A DNA stretch of 63,719 nt, counting the filler, from Candidatus Nanoarchaeia archaeon (lineage in GTDB: Archaea; Nanobdellota; Nanobdellia; Woesearchaeales; DATDTY01): NCBI GenBank assembly GCA_035290625.1. It is 7 parts of 7 records of this genome, joined end to end, with 100 filler letters (N's around TTAATTAATTAA, not from the genome) between each part and the next. Parts side by side here need not be neighbours in the genome. Positions count along the whole stretch, not along the records: positions 59,835 to 63,719 come from DATDTY010000032.1; 6 more parts are not named here. The stretch is one strand, 5' to 3'. Below the pieces are notes generated by a model. That model did not search any database, had not been told where the DNA came from, and saw only the letters and a program-made list of their open reading frames with translations. The position numbers and the translations under genes were made by a program. Shown here piece by piece: positions 59,835 through 63,719 of the stretch. Each line of letters opens with the position of its first letter. Positions within the stretch are counted from its first letter, which is position 1.

Positions 59835-60164
59835 CAGCGAGTTCTGGTGGAAGATCTGACTAGGTGGAGCAGGAGAGTAGAGGATGGCCTGAAAACAATT
59901 AAAGAAGCCGCAGAATATGGCTGCACAGTAACATCTGCGGCAGAGGGAGAGGTTGATGTTACGATGCCTGACGGCTGGTTTAGATGTGCCTTGGCCTTTA
60001 TGATGGCTGAGTGGGCATCAAGGAGCATGAGCTGGAAGGTAAAGTCAGGCATGGATAGGCTCAGAAACAGCACAGAGAAGGCATGTAGGAGCTGCGGAGT
60101 TGTGCATCTTGGCAGGCATCCAGGAAGCTGCCAATGTAGAAGATGCCTCAAAAAGAAAGGGTAG
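59835..60164 (+). CDS. Serine recombinase/resolvase (5'-partial) with a Cys/His tail
   Basis: VLVEDLTRWSR...GCTVTS...PDGWF...AEWASRSMSWKVKSGM fits the resolvase catalytic domain and helix E; tail CRSC..H...H...CQCRRC. Confidence 0.7.
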   Translation, partial: QRVLVEDLTRWSRRVEDGLKTIKEAAEYGCTVTSAAEGEVDVTMPDGWFRCALAFMMAEWASRSMSWKVKSGMDRLRNSTEKACRSCGVVHLGRHPGSCQCRRCLKKKG

Positions 60165-60437
60165 GTCAAAAACTTAATAGGGAAAACCATCAAAAAACAA
60201 GGGCTTCAATAGGTTAGCCTTTTCAGAAAAAAACGTCGCAGGAGTTTGCGCAGCCAACCTAGTGCCCAACAGGATAAAAGTGCGCGGACCTGGGTAAATG
60301 CCAACTTCCTTCTTGCACCGATATCGCCTTTTTTTGCCCAGGCCCGCACAATATTAATGCCGGTTCTATATAAGTTTTATGCTTCGCTGTTTTCTGTCAT
60401 ACATATTTTAATAAGGAGCTTATCGCTACAGGAATGT

Positions 60438-61316
60438 ATGAAAACTCTTCTTATTTCGGCAATTATGCTCTGCTTGCTTGCTGCCTTCGCATCGGCGAGA
60501 GGCGATCTTGCGAACCAGGCTCTTGATTCTGATATGATCAAAACCCAGTCAGGAGATTTTTTTCCCTTGGACATTGGCGGATTTGATCCGCAAACGGGCC
60601 AGCACAGCGCAAACTTCTTCCTGGGAAATCCAGTCTATTTAAGATTCTCTGACGTTCCCTACAATGTCCGGTGCAATGATGCCCGGTTTGTCGTTGAGAT
60701 TTACCAACCAAACGGCCAGGCTCAGGTGCTTCGCTCAGCCCCCTTCAGGATTGACGGCTGGCCCAATCCTAACCAACTTAAAGAGGGCCAGGTGCTTGCC
60801 TATAATCCTCAGATGATAGGACGGTATGACATGACGGAATACATCTATTGCTATGATGGGGCGCTGTTCAAGCAGAATAATCCGGAATACACCAACGGAG
60901 CATGCTTCGGGGAATCTCCATTGCCATCGAATTATTATAGGGTCTCATGCGTTAATCCTGAGAAGGACAGGGATCTCTTTTTTGTGACCCAGCAAAACCC
61001 AATCTGCAATAATGTTGGCGCTGTTTTTGAGTCTGGCTGCGACTCCGACAACAATCTGAGAGAAGTATATCAGACTTCAGACTGCACCGCAGCATCAAGG
61101 CTTATCCAGGACTGTGAAGCACAATGTATTGACGGCAGGTGCGTTGGAGAGGAAGAATATAGGGCTGAGGTGGAATCCAAGACAGGAACGCAGTATGGCG
61201 GCTCAGTAACTCAATCGCCTTCCAGCTCTGGAGAATCCAGCGGCAACAACCTCCTCATCCCCTTCACCATTGCTCTAAGCGTTGTGGTGCTGCTTTTCAT
61301 AATCTGGAAGAGATGA
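60438..61316 (+). CDS. Secreted Cys-rich surface protein with a C-terminal TM anchor
   Basis: Start MKTLLISAIMLC at 60438; Ser/Gly linker, TM helix, terminal KR. Confidence 0.75.
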   Translation: MKTLLISAIMLCLLAAFASARGDLANQALDSDMIKTQSGDFFPLDIGGFDPQTGQHSANFFLGNPVYLRFSDVPYNVRCNDARFVVEIYQPNGQAQVLRSAPFRIDGWPNPNQLKEGQVLAYNPQMIGRYDMTEYIYCYDGALFKQNNPEYTNGACFGESPLPSNYYRVSCVNPEKDRDLFFVTQQNPICNNVGAVFESGCDSDNNLREVYQTSDCTAASRLIQDCEAQCIDGRCVGEEEYRAEVESKTGTQYGGSVTQSPSSSGESSGNNLLIPFTIALSVVVLLFIIWKR

Positions 61317-61347
61317 AACTCCTCTGTTATTAAAAAATTACCATACA

Positions 61348-61467
61348 ATGTCCTACGTCTGTTATAAGAAGGTTAATGACAATTGCTGCACCCATGAACA
61401 AGAGTCTTATAGGCAAAATGGCAAGGTTAAGACAAGAGTTCTGAAGTATTTTGGGAGAGCAGATTAA
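61348..61467 (+). CDS. 39-aa basic peptide of the SYR..GKV...KY.G type
   Basis: MSYVCYKKVNDNCCTHEQESYRQNGKVKTRVLKYFGRAD; below the ORF-track cutoff. Confidence 0.45.
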   Translation: MSYVCYKKVNDNCCTHEQESYRQNGKVKTRVLKYFGRAD

Positions 61468-61528
61468 TTTTCTAGAGAGCGAGACATTGGATCGCCCTAC
61501 TCTCCTTAATGGTTACTTTTTATAAGAC

Positions 61529-61644
61529 AGCCTCTGGCGAGAGTTGCACTCGCGACCTCCACCTGTTAGGTGCATAGTACCAAGGTTTTGCGGATTGAAG
61601 TTTTTGCTTCGCATCTGGCGCAATAGCTACTATGCTACAGAGGC
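61529..61644 (-). tRNA. tRNA-Thr(GGT) with two putative introns (61586-61615 and 61565-61577)
   Basis: Acceptor GCCTCTG/CAGAGGC-T; T arm GCGAG-TGCAACT-CTCGC; removing both inserts restores CCACC-TTGGTAA-GGTGG; TATA upstream. Confidence 0.78.
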
Positions 61645-61686
61645 ATGATTCAACGAGGTTCAATGAGGATATTTAAGTATTACTCT

Positions 61687-63168
61687 TTATTTGGGATTCT
61701 GGCCAGTTGCGGGCTTCGGTATAAACACCGTAAACGTCGAGCCTTTCTTCGGGGTTGAGTTTACCCTCACCTTCCCGCCATGCATCTCAACTATCTTCTT
61801 GATGATTGCCAGGCCGAGGCCGGTGCCGCTGTAGGTTCTGGTCATGTAGGACTCTACACGGTAAAACTTGTCAAAGAGGTGAGGTATCTTGTCCTGGGGG
61901 ATGCCGATGCCGGTGTCTGTTACTGAGAATTCCCAGCCATTGCCGAGAGTTTTTGCATCCAGGTAAATCTCTCCGCGATCTTCGGTATATTTGATAGCAT
62001 TGCTGAGCAGGTTCGTGAATACCTGGGTGAATTGGGCCGGGTCAACAACCAGGGAAAATCCTTTTGGCACCCTGTTGATGATCCTGATATGCTTCCTAGC
62101 TGCCAAAGGCTGATAGCCATGGCTCTGGCAAAGATTGTAGAGGTTGAATTCAGAGAGCCGAAGCAAGGCTTTTCCTGACTCCAGCCTGGAAAGGGTCAGA
62201 TTGTCCTCAATAAGGCTTGAGAGCCTTTTCTGCTCAGACTTGATGAGATTGAGAGCCTTGGCCTGTTTTGGCAAGATCCTGCCAAGCCTTCCCTTGAGGA
62301 GGAGATCGGTGTACAGCATTACTGAGGTGAGGGGAGTCCTGAGCTCATGGCTCACAACAGAGACCAGCTCATCCTTCATCCTTCCGATTTCATGCTCATG
62401 CCTCAGCTTCTGTTCATAGCTTCTGAGCTGCTGATCGAGCTGTTCGGTGTCAGCAGCCCGGAGATACACAACACGAAAAAAGAGGAGGGCTGAAAGGACA
62501 GGGAAAGGAACTGCTGCCACAAGCAGCCTGCCTGATCCAGAATGATAGAACACGTAGTTCATCATCAGGAGGAATTGGGTAATGAAATAAATCAGGAGCG
62601 CCGCAAAGATCTGGAATCGGTATCTGATCTGCCGCTTTGAGGCTGTAGCTGTCAGGTAGAGGGGGAGAAGCAGGATTGCAGACTTGATAATGAGGAATGT
62701 GAAGAAAAGCAGGCTTTCGTCAAATTCGCCGCCAGGCTGGTAGACGAGCTCCAAAATCCACAGCACCTCGCTCAGGATATAGACAATGCCAAGGAAGAGA
62801 AGAGGCGGGAGAAAGGTGCGCTGCTTCCATTTTCCAAGAACAGGATAGACTATGGCATTTGCGAGGACGATCAGGGCAAGGGTCTCGAGCAGGGTATCGA
62901 GCAGGGGGAGCCAGAACTCGTATGAGGCTGTGCTCAGGCCTGCAAATATCTTGAAGAAGAGGAAGAGCGTCATCATGAATTTTTCAAGCGAGAATAGGCC
63001 AAATGCCAGGCTTGAGATCCTCAGCTCAGAGGTTCTCCTCTTGAGGTATTCTGAGACAACAATGTAGGTAATAAAGCTGAAGATGAGAAACTCAACAGAG
63101 CGGGTGAAGAGCAGCCCATTATCACGGCTGAGGAAGAGGAAGAATTTCTGGAGAGGTTCAATGATCAT
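61687..63168 (-). CDS. Membrane sensor histidine kinase
   Basis: About seven TM segments; SHELRTPL, NLLSNAIKY, DTGIGI, GTGLGL. Confidence 0.95.
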   Translation of the reverse strand: MIIEPLQKFFLFLSRDNGLLFTRSVEFLIFSFITYIVVSEYLKRRTSELRISSLAFGLFSLEKFMMTLFLFFKIFAGLSTASYEFWLPLLDTLLETLALIVLANAIVYPVLGKWKQRTFLPPLLFLGIVYILSEVLWILELVYQPGGEFDESLLFFTFLIIKSAILLLPLYLTATASKRQIRYRFQIFAALLIYFITQFLLMMNYVFYHSGSGRLLVAAVPFPVLSALLFFRVVYLRAADTEQLDQQLRSYEQKLRHEHEIGRMKDELVSVVSHELRTPLTSVMLYTDLLLKGRLGRILPKQAKALNLIKSEQKRLSSLIEDNLTLSRLESGKALLRLSEFNLYNLCQSHGYQPLAARKHIRIINRVPKGFSLVVDPAQFTQVFTNLLSNAIKYTEDRGEIYLDAKTLGNGWEFSVTDTGIGIPQDKIPHLFDKFYRVESYMTRTYSGTGLGLAIIKKIVEMHGGKVRVNSTPKKGSTFTVFIPKPATGQNPK

Positions 63169-63521
63169 TTAAGTACTTGATGAACAACGTGCAGGAGCTC
63201 GTCTGCCTCAAAGGGCTTCATGATGTAGTCATCAGCGCCAAGCTCCATTCCTGCCTGCTCATCCCTGTCCTGGTTTTTTGCTGTTACCATCACCACTTTT
63301 GTTTCCCTGAGCCCCTCTTTTATTTTCCTGCAGACCTCATAGCCATGCATCTTTGGCAGCATGAGGTCAAGAATGACAACCGCAGGCTTCAAGAGCAATG
63401 CCTTCTGGATGCCTTCTTCCCCATCAGCTGCATGATGGACATTGAATTCTTTCCTGAGCAGCATAGCCTGTGCATCAGCTATAGGCCTTTCATCCTCAAT
63501 GATCAAACAGATCTTTTTCAT
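63165..63521 (-). CDS. Stand-alone response regulator receiver
   Basis: Start MKKICL; IEDE, LDLMLP, VTAK, KPF; no output domain. Confidence 0.92.
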   Translation of the reverse strand: MKKICLIIEDERPIADAQAMLLRKEFNVHHAADGEEGIQKALLLKPAVVILDLMLPKMHGYEVCRKIKEGLRETKVVMVTAKNQDRDEQAGMELGADDYIMKPFEADELLHVVHQVLK

Positions 63522-63719
63522 TCTCCCCCTACAAATCAGCAATACTTGGATTTTTATAAAGGTTTGGGTTTGGGCGGCAACTGTGCTATCCTGAAAGTAT
63601 TTCCCTTCGATAGCTTAATTCGTTTCATGTTTATTAAGCCTCCTTTTTCATCTTCCTGACAAATGCCTGCTCTGGAGTTTCCAGAATCTCGAAGCGTAAG
63701 CTTCGATGCGGTCTTACCT

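Overview
This is a concatenation of seven contig pieces joined by 100-nt N/TTAATTAATTAA linkers, so adjacency across a linker means nothing. The source is an archaeon, most likely DPANN/Woesearchaeota-like (inferred from BRE-TATA promoters, Taw3, Elp3, class III signal-peptide pilins, intron-containing tRNAs and a lone 5S rRNA). Ordinary content includes tRNA/rRNA modification enzymes, a five-gene pilin cluster, GAPDH, a DEAD-box helicase, purC/purE-like genes, ppa, a nucleotide-sugar cluster and a two-component pair. Four things stand out. (1) Ten dispersed ~100-220 bp non-coding elements: sequence-divergent but sharing one covarying nested fold, most with MITE-like terminal inverted repeats, some with 8-9 bp target duplications, and nearly all just upstream of a TATA box. 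(2) A complete bacterial-type sigma70 gene in an archaeal gene run. (3) Both ends of a probable element integrated at a doubly interrupted tRNA-Thr(GGU), with an atypical tyrosine integrase, a divergent regulator switch and a serine recombinase fragment. (4) A 62-bp tandem array built on that tRNA's 3' end. All calls come from reading motifs by eye; no database searches were run.
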